In this document: in pieces, positions 1 through 12,436 of the stretch | Layout of the letters: each line of letters starts with the position of its first letter | How positions within the stretch are numbered: position 1 is the stretch's first letter | NCBI GenBank assembly: GCA_030704615.1 | Contig: CM060733.1 | Location: forward strand, 65,782,001-65,846,000 | Length of the DNA: 64,000 nt | Origin: Takakia lepidozioides | Taxonomy: Eukaryota; Plantae; Bryophyta | Direction: 5' to 3' | Translations under genes and position numbers: made by a program | Notes under the pieces: model-generated | Told to the model about the DNA's origin: nothing | Databases searched by the model: none | The model's input: the letters and a program-made list of their open reading frames with translations, nothing else

Positions 1-127
1 AGCTCATGGCTGCCTGCTACCCAAATTCACCATGGCTGTACCCACTGCTTCTCAAAAGGCAGAAGCAGTGAGCTAAAGGCACCAGTGGCAAGATGTCTTT
101 ACGTATCTCAAGGGGTAGTGGCTCTCC

Positions 128-3010
128 TCAAGGGGTAGTGGTCCACACCAGTATTGCAAGGCAATTAAAAGCATTGGATCTGTCCACATCTCCTAGCATT
201 ACCTCCCAGTATAGCCTTGAGACCTGATCCGTATGCTCTTCTCTACCACGGGAGCCCTCTCCAGAGAAGTTCGAAGACAACCACGTAACTGCATCGGAAT
301 CATTTTGGAGTTTTGCACCATCCTTCAATTGCTCTCGTGTCAAAGCACTCTTGACCACAGCACCCTGTCCATCGTGTTCACCTTCCCATGACCACAGCCA
401 AAGAAACTCCATAGCATTGTAGCACCACCCGAAATTGAGGGATATCTATGGCCACCAAACAACCCCATTAAACACACATGGACACAAAATTCATAATACA
501 ATTACAATGATCCCAATGTTTCGACTGGTACCCGTATAATTCATTTGAACTGAAAGTCTTCTAGTTTATGACCTTATACGTGTGCTCAATGAAGAAAAAT
601 ATACACGATTACCTGGCCACAAAATAAAATGCCCGTCTCGACTTGAATTGTGATGATGCTCCGTCTGACCACACCCAATGTTGAGAGAAAGAAACATGGT
701 TTTCGGCACACCAGTTTAGATGCAACCTAGTCACATCCAAGAAATTGTCAAAATCAAAGAGAAAAAATATTATATAGCTCTACCAAATCCAGTAATATTC
801 AACATCATTAGATGAACAAGCTGAAAAGCTACCTGAAAGCATGTTGAACAAATAGCGTGTCATGCAGTCGATCGTCTGAGAGATAAAAATGCACATCTTT
901 GATGTTAATCCTCTCCCCTCCTTGCAAACAACTGTTAGACGCATGTCGGTATGTGATATGAACCAAAATGGTCATTTGGTCCGAATGCCAGTACATGCTT
1001 TGAATCTCTTTTTGCTCCTTAAAAGTATAGTTCTCTGCAAAATCGATTACAAAGACACAAGTATCCAAGGGAAAATGTTTCATACATTCCCGGGATTGGT
1101 GGTCTTCCCACCTCGCGGTAAAGCTATGCTTTACAAACTCTTTCAGCTTCACCTTTAAGTACTGAATGATATGACTCGGAGGACTCCCTCCTATATTGAG
1201 TTTCACTCTTTTTTTCTCATCCCCTTGTTCATCAAATCCAACTATCTCTCGGCTGAAATGTTTCCACCCCACCAGGGAAAAATCAGTCCCCGATTCCTCG
1301 AGCGGACACAACGGCAATTTATGAACGCCACAATTCTCACTGGCCCATTATACAACTGTACTTATGCCACTCGGCTTCTTCAGATTTGCTACATAGGATC
1401 GCATCACACATATCTCTCACTGAATTGAACGCTTTCTCTTTCGCGACACAACCTACAACGTGTGGATGGATTTGCTGAAGACGGCTTACAAATTTCTTCA
1501 CAATCACACCACATAATGGACCGTGCACTATGGATGCCTCAGACCTCATAGAATTGAGTGTCGATTTTAGATAATCCATCTCTACATGGTACACACAACA
1601 ACAAACCAACCGATCTTTTAACTTTTTGACGTAGTATGGCCTCAACGCAAGAAAGCTTGTTCTTCCAATGTGAACGTCCGGATACCTCTCCTGGAACTCC
1701 ATGAAAAATTGGCTCTGAAAAAAAAAAAAACGAATCAATCCATCATTACATGTCATACGTCATATATGAGTATATGAGTATATGAGTATATGAGTATGAG
1801 TATATGGGTATACTCACTAACTCAGGCAATAGTGACATATTCCTTTGTTACTTTGGTATACTCATTATTTCATGCAATGGTGACATATTCCTTTGTTACT
1901 TTGGTATACTCACTAATTCATAAAGTATTACTCACTATTTTGTAGTAGAGCAAACTATGTAATATATCCGATCATTGCAATCAACATAGTGTTCTTAAAT
2001 TACTCCCACTATAGCACCAGTACTAACCTAATGTAGTATTACTATCAATTACTTGAAATAATAAACTTACAACAAAAGCAGTAAGAGATACTTTCCTCTA
2101 GTTATGCTAAAATTCAGAAGTATTCAACTGAAGGCTTCAGAAGTTTTCAAACATCAGATGGAGTACTATAATATTAACAAATTAGATGCGATAGCTTTAT
2201 ATTGGGATAGCTAGATTTATATATAAAGTATAAATGACAAACTCAGTTTAAAATAAACTTACCACCGTAGTATCCAAGAGGTGTGTGGGATGTTCCTCGT
2301 AATGCTTTCGAGCAAGCCGCTTGCGACATACATCCTTCTTGTTGGGAGAAACCCGGGTCATGTGCTCCCACCACTCTTGCACAAGCTTAGTACGGTCTGA
2401 AGAGACCACATCGCTTCTTTTCTTCCTCCCGGACAGCGCCCAAAGAAAACCACCATTGGAAGTATCCAACAACCTTCTGCGTGCCTTTGCCTTGTAGATA
2501 TTCCTAGGGTGTATGTTAAGCAACTTTGCAACAGCTCTACCACTTAAATTTTCTTGGGCAACATTTCTAGAAACCACGCTCGTGAGTACGGCATGCTTCA
2601 CAGCCAGGTGGTCTTTTGAATGCACGCCTTTATAAATCTCGCATGAGTCCTTCAGATTCTCTAGTATAACATTAGTTACTGCGTGTGCTCGTGGGACACT
2701 GACCTTGAGAAATTTCAATAAACTCGGATGATTTTGTACTCTATCCCAAAGCTCTTTCCTTGTAGTTAGATTGTAGCTTTTGACAAGATCTCCAATGTTC
2801 TCGACTATGGCACCAGCTATTTGGCGTTTTCTCCTCTCTCCAATCACTACTTCTTGGTCAGGACTCAAACCTTCATCCTCGGCAAACTCTGCAAGCCTTT
2901 CTCCATCTCTTGCCTCTCTTTGTGCACGTCTAGCCCTTTGTTCCCTTTTCTTCCTCGCTTATTCCTCGAGTCTGATCCTCTCCGCTTCTTGTCTAACCGC
3001 ATTATTCATC
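128..3010 (-). mobile_element. Degenerate intron-containing DDD transposase, Sola-like DNA transposon
   Basis: Pieces across ORFs 2248-2868, 1337-1756, 829-1317 and 128-412 give RPYYV..R.VCCCVYH, IDFAENY..QKEIQSMYW..QMTILVH, YLSDDRLHDTLFV, WSDGASSQFK (read at about 640-680) and WSFFGCGHGK/GEHDGQGAVVK (about 350-415). GT-AG introns lie at about 2261-1715, 832-728 and 613-446. Frameshifts and a stop are present. Confidence 0.7.
1763..1920. repeat. (TATATGAG)n microsatellite followed by a ~48 bp tandem duplication
   Basis: About 5 TATATGAG units, then GTGACATATTCCTTTGTTACTTTGGTATACTCA twice. Lies in a transposase intron. Confidence 0.85.
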
Positions 3011-5319
3011 AGCGTCACCCGAATGACTCAGTGTGGTAATCAGTGACATAACCAAATTGATGGAACACAAAATCCCAAGACAAGGGTTATCACGTTCTCT
3101 GACGTCGTGGGAAGCAACCCTTGAGCATGCAAAGAAATCAAGGGAGCATGCAAAGAATTCAAGGGTTGGGCTCTTGACCATCACAATACTGCCGCTAAGT
3201 CAGCATACAGGACTTCATGCTTGGGGTGGCTCAGGCTGGTTTGACCCAGCAAAGCTTCTTACTGCCACACTGGATTTGGATTATGCTCCACCTATGGCAG
3301 GAATTTCAATGTCTGTTGTAGAAAGGGGCTAGCCATCAAGCCAATGGTTTAATAGTGTTGCCAGGAGGGACCATAGTTCAATGATATTGTCTCGGAGTAA
3401 ATCCAGCATGGGATAACTTTGCATCCTTGTCTGCTCTAAGACAGCAGCTTGACTTCAGGAACTCTCAACCTAGCCAAAGACAGTGGCAAGGACCTGGTGC
3501 TTGAGGGGAGCAGTGGGTCTGACGCATCTGCCTGGGCATCTGCTCTTGTTGCAGAGCTTGATCAATTCAAGAAAGTAAAGACCAGCGGCCACAGCAGTTC
3601 TGACAACATCTGGATGGGAATCACTGAATTTTGAGTTGATGGACGACTTGGCTGAAATGGAGCGATTGGCCAAGTCCCAATCAGAACCGGTAGAATCACA
3701 GCATGAGATGGAGAATGCATCTATTGACAGGGCCAGTGAGAAGCTGACAACCTACACCCAAAAGCAAACAGCAGCCGTGGAAGAGGCTCTGGCTCTAAAG
3801 TAGACGGACCTGCAGGCGATGTGCAGGGATTTGAGCAAGCTCACAATTAGACCGGTTCACTTACAAGAGAGCAAAGGTGATGATCTAGCAGGGAGCCACT
3901 CATGGCAAGGATAAAACCAGAGACGAGCAACGCGGAGGATGACGAGCACGTTGGAGGACGAGCGCGGAGAGCGACAACTGTAACAGAAAACGGTTGGAGG
4001 AGCGCGCCAAGATTGTTTCTATATCTCTAGTTCGCCCGATTCTGGTTTCGAACTTGTGAAAATATAACCCTTCGACCCCGGGCCCTACTGCGTACCCATT
4101 ATTGGGGGGTGATTTGAAATTTGAGATTGAAAGATAAGAGATTGAAATTTGAATTTTGATGCCCATAGCATCATCTCTCTCTTATGTATCAACAAAGAGT
4201 TAAGAATTTTTGTGAGGGAAATACCCTTTCTATGTCAATGCTTTGAACATTCTTAATCCCTCTTACATTTAATATCTTGTCAAAAGCACAAAAATTCTCT
4301 GCATGATCCGACTCGCAATGCTAGCTGCTTCTGCATTTTCCCAGCATCCACTTTGTATAGCCACCCTTGATCCCGTTATATTCCATGAGATCCCCACATG
4401 TGAAAAGGTTTAATACAATCGGTCTACATTCACTCAATATCAATGATACATGCATGCTTTGATTTCCAGTTTGTACCGCTATACTTGCAGCTCTAAGGAG
4501 AAGCTCCAGCCATCCTACATCTCCTAATTGCTGAGAATTATCACAGGGTACCCTTACAACCACTGCATCAACTTGTTGTTCCTCATCAAGCAAAGAGGTT
4601 GCGACCCTACACCTACAATGGATATAATCGCCATGCACCTGCTCAACACTCCCTCCACAGTTCCCACTCCACAGTTCCCACGCCCCCAATCAGTGCACAG
4701 TTGTCACACCACAGCATACACAGATGGACATTTCTAAGGAGCCCCCTTTTACGTGCTAGTCTTTATCTACATGCGTTCTCAGGATTATCATCATACTGGT
4801 TTGTTAAATTTTCCCCAAGCGACTCCTTCTATTTTTGTTAACATTCCTATGTTATTACTCTCCAGGCCTACAAGCCACTCTCAAACTCAGATATATACCA
4901 CTCACCTCAGCTCTCATCATGTCTCCACATTACAAATATTCCTCATTTGGGCCTCCGACTCACTCTACCACTTTTTTGACCAAATTATGTCCTATGCTCA
5001 CAATCCTGACCACAACACCCTCAACTATAAACAACTACATCCCTTTCACCACCCACAAACCACATCACCTCTGCTCAATACAATATTACTAGATACATGT
5101 ACCCTTGGCCCTGACCCCCGTCATGCAATCGCCACCCCCACCCCCACTTCGTCACACATACTCCGTCTCCCCCTCCAAATGACAACCCTCCAATCGGACA
5201 ATACCTTGTCTCCTTCCCTCCACGTCCAACTGCACCCCCCCCCCCAACCCCCACCCAAGGATGATAATCACTAGAGTAATCCTAAACTCCTCACTCTCTG
5301 GTCAGTATATCCAAAAAAA

Positions 5320-5321
<2 letters not shown>

Positions 5322-5366
<45 letters not shown>
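5322..5366. repeat. Poly(C) run of 45 nt
   Basis: Direct read. It sits in a C/A-rich region that may be a very decayed LINE remnant. Confidence 0.9.
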
Positions 5367-5367
<1 letters not shown>

Positions 5368-6072
5368 CTATACCCACACCCAAGACTACAAGCATATGTT
5401 CCCCTACCCCCACCATGTCCACTTTGTCATCACCATTCCACCATCTAACCAGCCTATTTTCCCTTACACCATGGCCCCTTCCTATCAACAACGACATCAA
5501 TATTAAACAACTACATAACAACCACCAGTACCATCTCCAAATCCCACTATAGCCGTCACCACACTCCCTACCATAACCACCCTACACAGCTCCCAGCCCC
5601 CAACTTCTTAAATCATATTCATGAGCAGCTAGTAACTAAACATTACCTGAACAACAACCTCTTTATTCATGAAGAACACTCACCTGGCCCCATGCTCATA
5701 TGTTGAGCTAATCTGGGCCTCGCTAGGTTTTTTTCTTGTTCTAATCATGGTCGTTACAGACTCATGAGTTTGTGCATTGTAAGGGATGGTTTTGAGATAT
5801 TGTCTTGATATAATGTCACGCGCTCTTCATCATGTTTATTTCTTTTCGTGCTTTGATGGGATGGTTTGTATGTTCTCCAGTCTCAATCACATCCGCAAGA
5901 TCAGTGGCTGTGTGTAGGGGATTGTGTTGATTGCAATGTTGTAGTAGGGCCATCGTAGCATCTGTGTTGCTATTCGGAGACAATAAAAATAGTATTGCAC
6001 ATGTATGAACTGCAAGTCGCAGCCCCCAAGTCACTGCAACCACTATGAGTGCCTAGTTCCCAACCCACAGTT

Positions 6073-6936
6073 CACTACAACAGATCGCGGTAATTATGAC
6101 TGCCAAACCGTGGTAGTCATGGTTTTTTTGACTTTGACCATGACTGCACCATGTTTTTATATGAAATTGACCTCGCGAAGTCGTTCATACGACTGTGGTC
6201 ATATAAACGACTATCTAAGTAGTCGTCTGTATGACTACATGGCTCCGGAATGGGCGGAAGGCTGGTCAACGGCAATTGACCATATTTAGCTCACCACTGA
6301 TAGTCATTTCCATGATTATAGTGTACATGGATGAGGTTACGTAGTCATGATGACTACTGGGGATTTTGTAATTTGGTGTGTATAATTCAATTAAAACACC
6401 ATATGTTCACATGAACGACTAATGGGTGTATTGGTTAGCAGGTAGTAAACTATAACTTTTATAGTAAAGAGGTTGGAGGTTTAAACTGCTCTAAGTATAA
6501 TCAAATGGATAAGATGGCCCTAGGGTTAGTAGGCGAGCTAGGGATAGCACGTGGCACCTTAGATGGGCTGCCACGTGGGTTTTTTTCATTATTATAAAAT
6601 GCATTATGCCACGTGGCACAACACGGTAGGATACGGCGTCTGACATGTTTTTTATTTAATTTTTAATTTTTTTGAAAAAATATATTTTTTATTTTTATTT
6701 TTTTAATCAATTTCGCCTCGCCACGTGGCGCGGTAGCGGCGACTGCAGTATGGTATATATGACTGCAGTGAGAGATATCACTTGGTTTATCTGACTGTAG
6801 TCATCCGGACCGTACCATCATGTACTCATTGTATTCACTTGGTTTACACGACTTACATTCATAGAAGTCATATGTACCGTTTATGACTGCAGAATAGTCA
6901 TATATACAGTCATAAATATCGCGATCTGTTGTAGTG
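6073..6936. mobile_element. Non-autonomous CACTA (En/Spm) element
   Basis: TIR CACTACAACAGATCGCG(G/A)TA(A/T)TTATGACTG at 6073, with its inverted copy ending at 6936. Many ATGACT/AGTCAT subterminal repeats. A 3-bp TSD is not preserved. Confidence 0.85.
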
Positions 6937-7609
6937 ACGTTGATGTATATCACTAGTGAAGTAGTGCATTTCAAACCTCCAGTTGCATCTATCACTTCAA
7001 CACTCTAGTTGTCGACTCCACTTGCAAGTCATAAAGACAACCAGCAGACAACTTATTGCGCCAGGCGGTGTGGCCTTAGGCCTACACGTGGCCACATCCA
7101 CGATAGAGAACACATGGCGTTTTGACGCATGGCCACGCGATTGTATTTCCATCGTCGTCGCCGTGGGGAAGTTGCACCCCCGGGTCAAAAGTCCACTTTA
7201 AGTATATCATGTCACGTCCTTGTGATTCCACTAGTTTGTCTAAGCCATCCATCCTGCCAACTACGGAAGAATATGCGAGACTTCATTCCTGCCAATCCAT
7301 AAAAACAAACCCAAGTATGAATAAAAAAAAACCTAGCATGAACAATTGGAAAGGAAACCTAGCCCAAAAACCTAGAAAAAAACCTAGCATGAATAAAGAT
7401 GAAGCAACCAGGAAAGCAAACGTGGAAAACACACTTACCCGCCTATCGCTCCCAGCTGACATCCGCGACACTGAACCTCGTTGAATTTTCATATCATGTA
7501 GGAGGGCAGCCTGATAGTGTTTCCTGCATATTAGTTAACCTATGCCACAAACAAACCCATACCACAAGTCAATACGCAATATGAGGGCTGATTATATACA
7601 CATAATAAT

Positions 7610-8322
7610 TCAATGAGGAACAAAATACAGAGTCGTGATGATGCCACTTACCAAGCGTGCCTCCACCATTGGCTTCCCACCACGGCCAGTTTTGGTAGGA
7701 TTCTGATTTGCACCATTTGTCTTCTTCATGTTGCCCAACACTTTGTGGAACACCTCTGTCTGCCAGTAACTTACAAGCTTGTTCCATACCTCATCAGATA
7801 CAGTAATGGGTCTCCCCTTGCCACCCAACCACGCAGTGTGTGAATCAAAACGTTGGATCTTCATTATGCGACCAATTGTTTGTTTAGGTGTCCGTCATTC
7901 AACTTGTGTGGGGTGTATGAAAATAGCTTAGCCAGATAATCTCAGATTTCGTATATAAGTTCATCAGGTTGGTTGTTGATGTGAAGGGAACAATCTAGCT
8001 TACAATAAGCCTGTCCTTTAAGGGCAGCATGCCATACATTCCGCGTCTGACCAAACGGGGCTCCTTTGACGTTCGTCACAATTACTGTCGGAGGAAGACC
8101 TGCAGCTGTTCTCTCTTCCTTCACCTTGGCAGCTTCAATTTTGGCTGAGGTATTAGCCCTCCTTAAAGCATTGGTTCTATCATTCTTTGTAACAACACCC
8201 TCCTCTCCTTCAGAGACCTCCATTTGCACAGGAGAATTCAAGGCAGGATAGGCCCTGCAAGTTTGGAATTCCATGCTGACGTGGCGCGAGCCTTCGTTGG
8301 GCTCACGGGCTCCTGGGCTCAC
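7610..8322 (-). mobile_element. CACTA TnpA-like (Ptta/En-Spm Transposase_24) pseudogene fragment
   Basis: RPITVSDEVWNKLVSYW...NMKK.NG.NQNPTKTGRGG matches the Transposase_24 pattern. The upstream ORF 7942-8322 is on the same strand. Confidence 0.6.
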
Positions 8323-9297
8323 AGGCTCATGCCTCCAGGCTCACGGAATAGATGTGTACCTTATATGATGCACCCTTGGGCTCTAACGGGGGGACGGTGG
8401 GGGCTGCCTGCCCACGAATGGTAGGCCTTGATGCAGCCATCCTCTTGGAAGAACAGACCTCATTAGCTTAGTATGCGGACTGCATAGCATGTGGACTGTA
8501 GGTGACCTCCAAGTCAGTCTTAGTCTTTACTTAAGTAAACCAATGCTTGCTTAAAATCATAGAGATCTCTGCCCACAGTAAATGTCTAAGCATAGTACTT
8601 CTCTATGAGGATAATTTGGTTTCATCAAGGCAATGTCAACACAAATACTTCCTTAAAAATCACATGACTCAAAACTGAGACAAATCCAAGTATTCTACCA
8701 TAGCCCAAATAGGGTATACTGCTATGTTTTAAAACAAAACAAACACACTATTCAAAATGAAACCATTCAACTGGGCTGTAAACTGAGATTGATCTAAGTC
8801 AAGATGGGTGTTCGGACTCCTGTGTATTAGATCCAAGGGTAGATGACTTCCATAAAATACGTCCCTACAAGGGCTGAGTGTAACTTCTTGTTTGTCTCCA
8901 CAATTGAGCCATGGCTTCCATATACTGCATAGGCAGCTCGGCCAACACAATGAATGCAAGTTTGCGCTTAAACAGCTTGTTGGCCATAGCCTTATTGAAA
9001 TCTCTTGAAGGCAAGCTTGATGAGCAGTGTGCGCGACAATTCGCCTGTAGTTTTAGGTAGCCACCATTCATACTCAAACAACTGTAGTAAATGAGTAGTA
9101 AATTGCAGGGTAAAGGTTCTGAAACTCTAAATTCAAACAGCACATGGGCAAGCAATAAATCCCACACGGCCCTAGTCAGAGAACGAGTTTTGAAGCAAAT
9201 GTCTACTTGTCATTTTCAGGACATGGTCTATAGGAAAAATTTAAAAATCACTTTATTCCACCTGAAATATTCTACTAAAGATTAGAGATAGAGATAG

Positions 9298-10050
9298 TCC
9301 GGTTCCACAATTATTTCAAGAGACGGTTCCGGATCCTGTTCCGGGTTTTTTTTAGCCGGTTCTGGTCCGGTTCCAGACCCAACTTTTAAACATGGGGGGG
9401 GTTCCAGTTATAACTGAAAAAAACCACCGGTTCCTGGTTAGGTTCCGGTTCTATTTTAAAATATATTTGTTTAATTTAATTTGATTTAAAATATTTTATC
9501 AATCTGGGAGATTAGTTGGTACATTAAATAGCAATGTATTCACATATTTGAACTAAAATCCAGGATTTTATTAGTTTGAAACAAAAACAAAAACAAAAAC
9601 AAAAAAAAAAACTCTACTAAACCTGTAGAAAAAATGGATAAAATTTTGTGGTTTGAAACTACTAATATAATTGAGCTATCTTAATGTATTGGCATATGCT
9701 AACAATTTGATTAATGAAGTTAGGACTCTCAAGGATTGAACCCAGGATGTCATGGAGCTGGAGATTGAACCTAGGATCTCATGGCGCTGAAGCATTGAAC
9801 CCAGGATCTCATGAAACTTGAGAGCATTAAAGAGTTTTTGCCATGGGGGCCACCAGGTCTCCATTGAGGGGTTACGCCATGTTATGCCAAGGACCCACCA
9901 AGGGTTTTAGGAGAATCCAAGAACCGGAACTGGAACACGTTTTTATCCCTAGGCGTCGGTTCTCTCACGTATGAATCCCAGCAGGAACCGCCGGTTTGGT
10001 TCTACGCTGATCCCTATTGGCGGGTTCCGGTTCCGGGTCTGGTTCTGCAG
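9298..10050. repeat. Clusters of CCGGTT/GGTTCC short repeats, TE subterminal-like
   Basis: Dense GGTTCCGG and GAACCGG motifs at 9298-9450 and 9920-10045, plus three ~29 bp ATTGAACCCAGGATCTCATG repeats at about 9733-9813. Confidence 0.55.
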
Positions 10051-10351
10051 GGGGGAATGCCCAGCCCCGTGAGCTGCGAGCCTGTGAGCCCAGGTAGGCT
10101 CACGTGAGCTTGTGAGCCCAGCCCACCTGGCATGAAAGTGGTCGAAGATGTAGGGCCTATCACCGCGGTAGATCCTGCAGAAATATGAATATTGCAAACC
10201 TAAAATGCAAACCCTAAACCTCAAACCCAAACCCTAAATCCCCAACGCAAACACTAAGACCTTGTTAGTTGATGATACATCCGATGGTACTTTGTAACGT
10301 GTTTTGACCTGAACCCTAGATCATAAACCCTAAACCCCAATCGGGGTCAAT

Positions 10352-10780
10352 GAAGAATAGGTGGAAAAAACTGGAGTGACATCGTGAAGCTCAACGAGGG
10401 TTATTATGAAGAAGAGGTGAAAAAAACTGGAGCGCCATCGTAAATCTGAATGAAAGCTTCTTTTTGATGAAGAGGTGAAAAAAAAGTGGGAGTGTCATCG
10501 TGAAGCTTAATGAGGGTATAATTTTGAAGAAGAGGTGAAAAAACCGGAGTGACATGGTGAAGGTCAGCGAGGTTTCAATTTCAAAGAAGAGGTGGAAAAA
10601 AACTGGAGTGACATCGTGAAGCTCAACGAGGGTTCAATTATGAAGAAGAAGTGAAAAAAAAATGGAGCGAAGATGAATGGAAGTTTATTTCTGAAGAAGA
10701 GGTGAAAAACAAAGTTGGAGTGACATTGTGAAGCTTAATGGGGTTTTGTTATTGAAGAAGAGGTGAAAAAAATGTGAGTT
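10352..10780. repeat. Minisatellite, about 8 copies of a ~58 bp unit
   Basis: Unit GAAGAAGAGGTGAAAAAAACTGGAGTGACATCGTGAAGCTCAACGAGGGTT.. repeated with divergence along its whole length. Confidence 0.9.
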
Positions 10781-11410
10781 AATGTGCAATTTAGGATAAA
10801 ACCACAGCTGGATGTTCCCCCCTACAAAGCAGAATGAAGTCTTAATTACAAAGAAGTCAAAGAACATGTGGATGACAATGTGTTAAGTGAAATGAAAGTA
10901 ATGTTAGGATATCAACAATGAAAAAACTTTATTATTTTGCAAATGTGATGGTCCATGTAGTCAGAACACATGAAAGTTGGCAGGAAATATGAACTTTTAT
11001 AGCAAAAGAGGAGAAATGAAAACTAGGAACTGTGTCACCTCATTTACAACCAATGTTCGTGTCCACAAATCATATGTGCTGAAAGTTTGTTATCTTGAAT
11101 TCAAGGATTTGCTGCTTGCTGCCTATATGTATGTGGATTCACCCACATTGTACTTGGTGTGTGTCTTTTCAGGGCAAGCACAAGCGCTCTGGCAACATGA
11201 TCCCTGTTGCTAGCAATGGAGGTGACGCCCACAACAAGGCGGGAGATGACCCTAACTCTCCCCAGGTTTTCTGTGCCACCAATACCCCCACCTTATTATG
11301 GTACGCCTCAGTACCCACAATCTGGCACTCAGTATGGTGAGGAACAACATGGTAGTGCTCCTCCATATGGGCAGTATGGGCAGTATGCCCCTCTACCATA
11401 TTTGTCACCT

Positions 11411-11637
11411 TGTCGTGCGTATACATATCGCTACACAACTACATAACTGTCCAAAACCACACAACACATGCACACCAAACACTAGTCTATCACTAGTCCA
11501 CCACTAGTGCACCACTAGACTGCCACTAGGCTGCCACTAGCCACCACTAGTGCAGCCACTAGTCCACCACTAGGCTGCCACTAGCCACCACTAGTGCAAC
11601 CACTAGTCCATCACAAGGCTGCCACTAGTCCATCACA
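11411..11637 (-). mobile_element. Partial second LTR copy abutting the Gypsy 3' LTR
   Basis: Near-identical to 11958-12175, including the CCACTAG internal tandem repeats. Confidence 0.75.
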
Positions 11638-11638
11638 A

Positions 11639-12175
11639 TGATAAGGAAAAGAATGATACAAGCACACAAGCTCTCTCAAACTCACACACTTGCACATGAA
11701 AACATCACTCATATATTAAGTCGAGCCAAGTGCACCCCACGCCATGGGGAATCCACACTACGGCGCCATAGCTAGACGCGGTGAGGCTCAACTCGAGAAA
11801 GATGAGCCCACCGCGATCTGCCGTGAAGATAACAACGCCAGGTGCCCAAACATGTATTGGCCCCTGGAGTGACACTTGGGTCAATTCCAAATGTCAATAT
11901 ATAAAAGCTATCTATTTCCTAGCTAACTTCACACTAGTGGTAAAATAACTTGACAGCTGTCGTGCGCATACATATCGCTACACACCTACATCGCTGTCCA
12001 AAACCACACAACACATGTGCACACCAAACACTAGTCTATCACTAGTCCACCACTAGTGCACCACTAGGCTACCACTAGCCACCACTAGTGCAGCCACTAG
12101 TCCACCACTAGGCTGCCACTAGCCACCATTAGTGCAACCACTAGTCCATCACAAGGCTGCCATTAGTCCATCACA
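11639..12175 (-). mobile_element. 3' LTR of a minus-strand Gypsy element
   Basis: On the minus strand it starts TGTGATGG just after the polypurine tract GCTAGGGGGGGCGAT (12176-12190) and ends CCTTATCA. It contains a TATA-like element and CCACTAG repeats. Confidence 0.75.
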
Positions 12176-12436
12176 ATCGCCCCCCCTAGCTGGCGTTTAG
12201 GTCCCTCTAAGTCCAGGTAGCCACAAGATGTGATAGTGGCCATAGCCTCACTAAGTCCTTCACCACTGTCCCTACTACACTCAAACTCAATAGATCAAAA
12301 GGTCGGGTACAAAAGTTGTCCCATCATTAGTCGCCGTCTTGCAACCTGTGAACTTGAGCCTGAGATCTCGAGTATTGACTCCTATGAGCTTGGCCTCCCA
12401 TGTCTTGTTAGCTGCCACTAGTCATATCCATTGCCA

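Noticed and set aside
5261-5521. Poly-Pro or poly-Gly protein
   Set aside because: Just the translation of a poly(C) run in decayed sequence.
3033-5700. Host genes in ORFs at 3.0-3.9 kb and 4.3-5.7 kb
   Set aside because: No recognisable domains or splice structure. They are probably decayed TE sequence.
10352-10780. CRISPR-like or coding repeat
   Set aside because: Whole units are homologous with no unique spacers, so it is an ordinary minisatellite.
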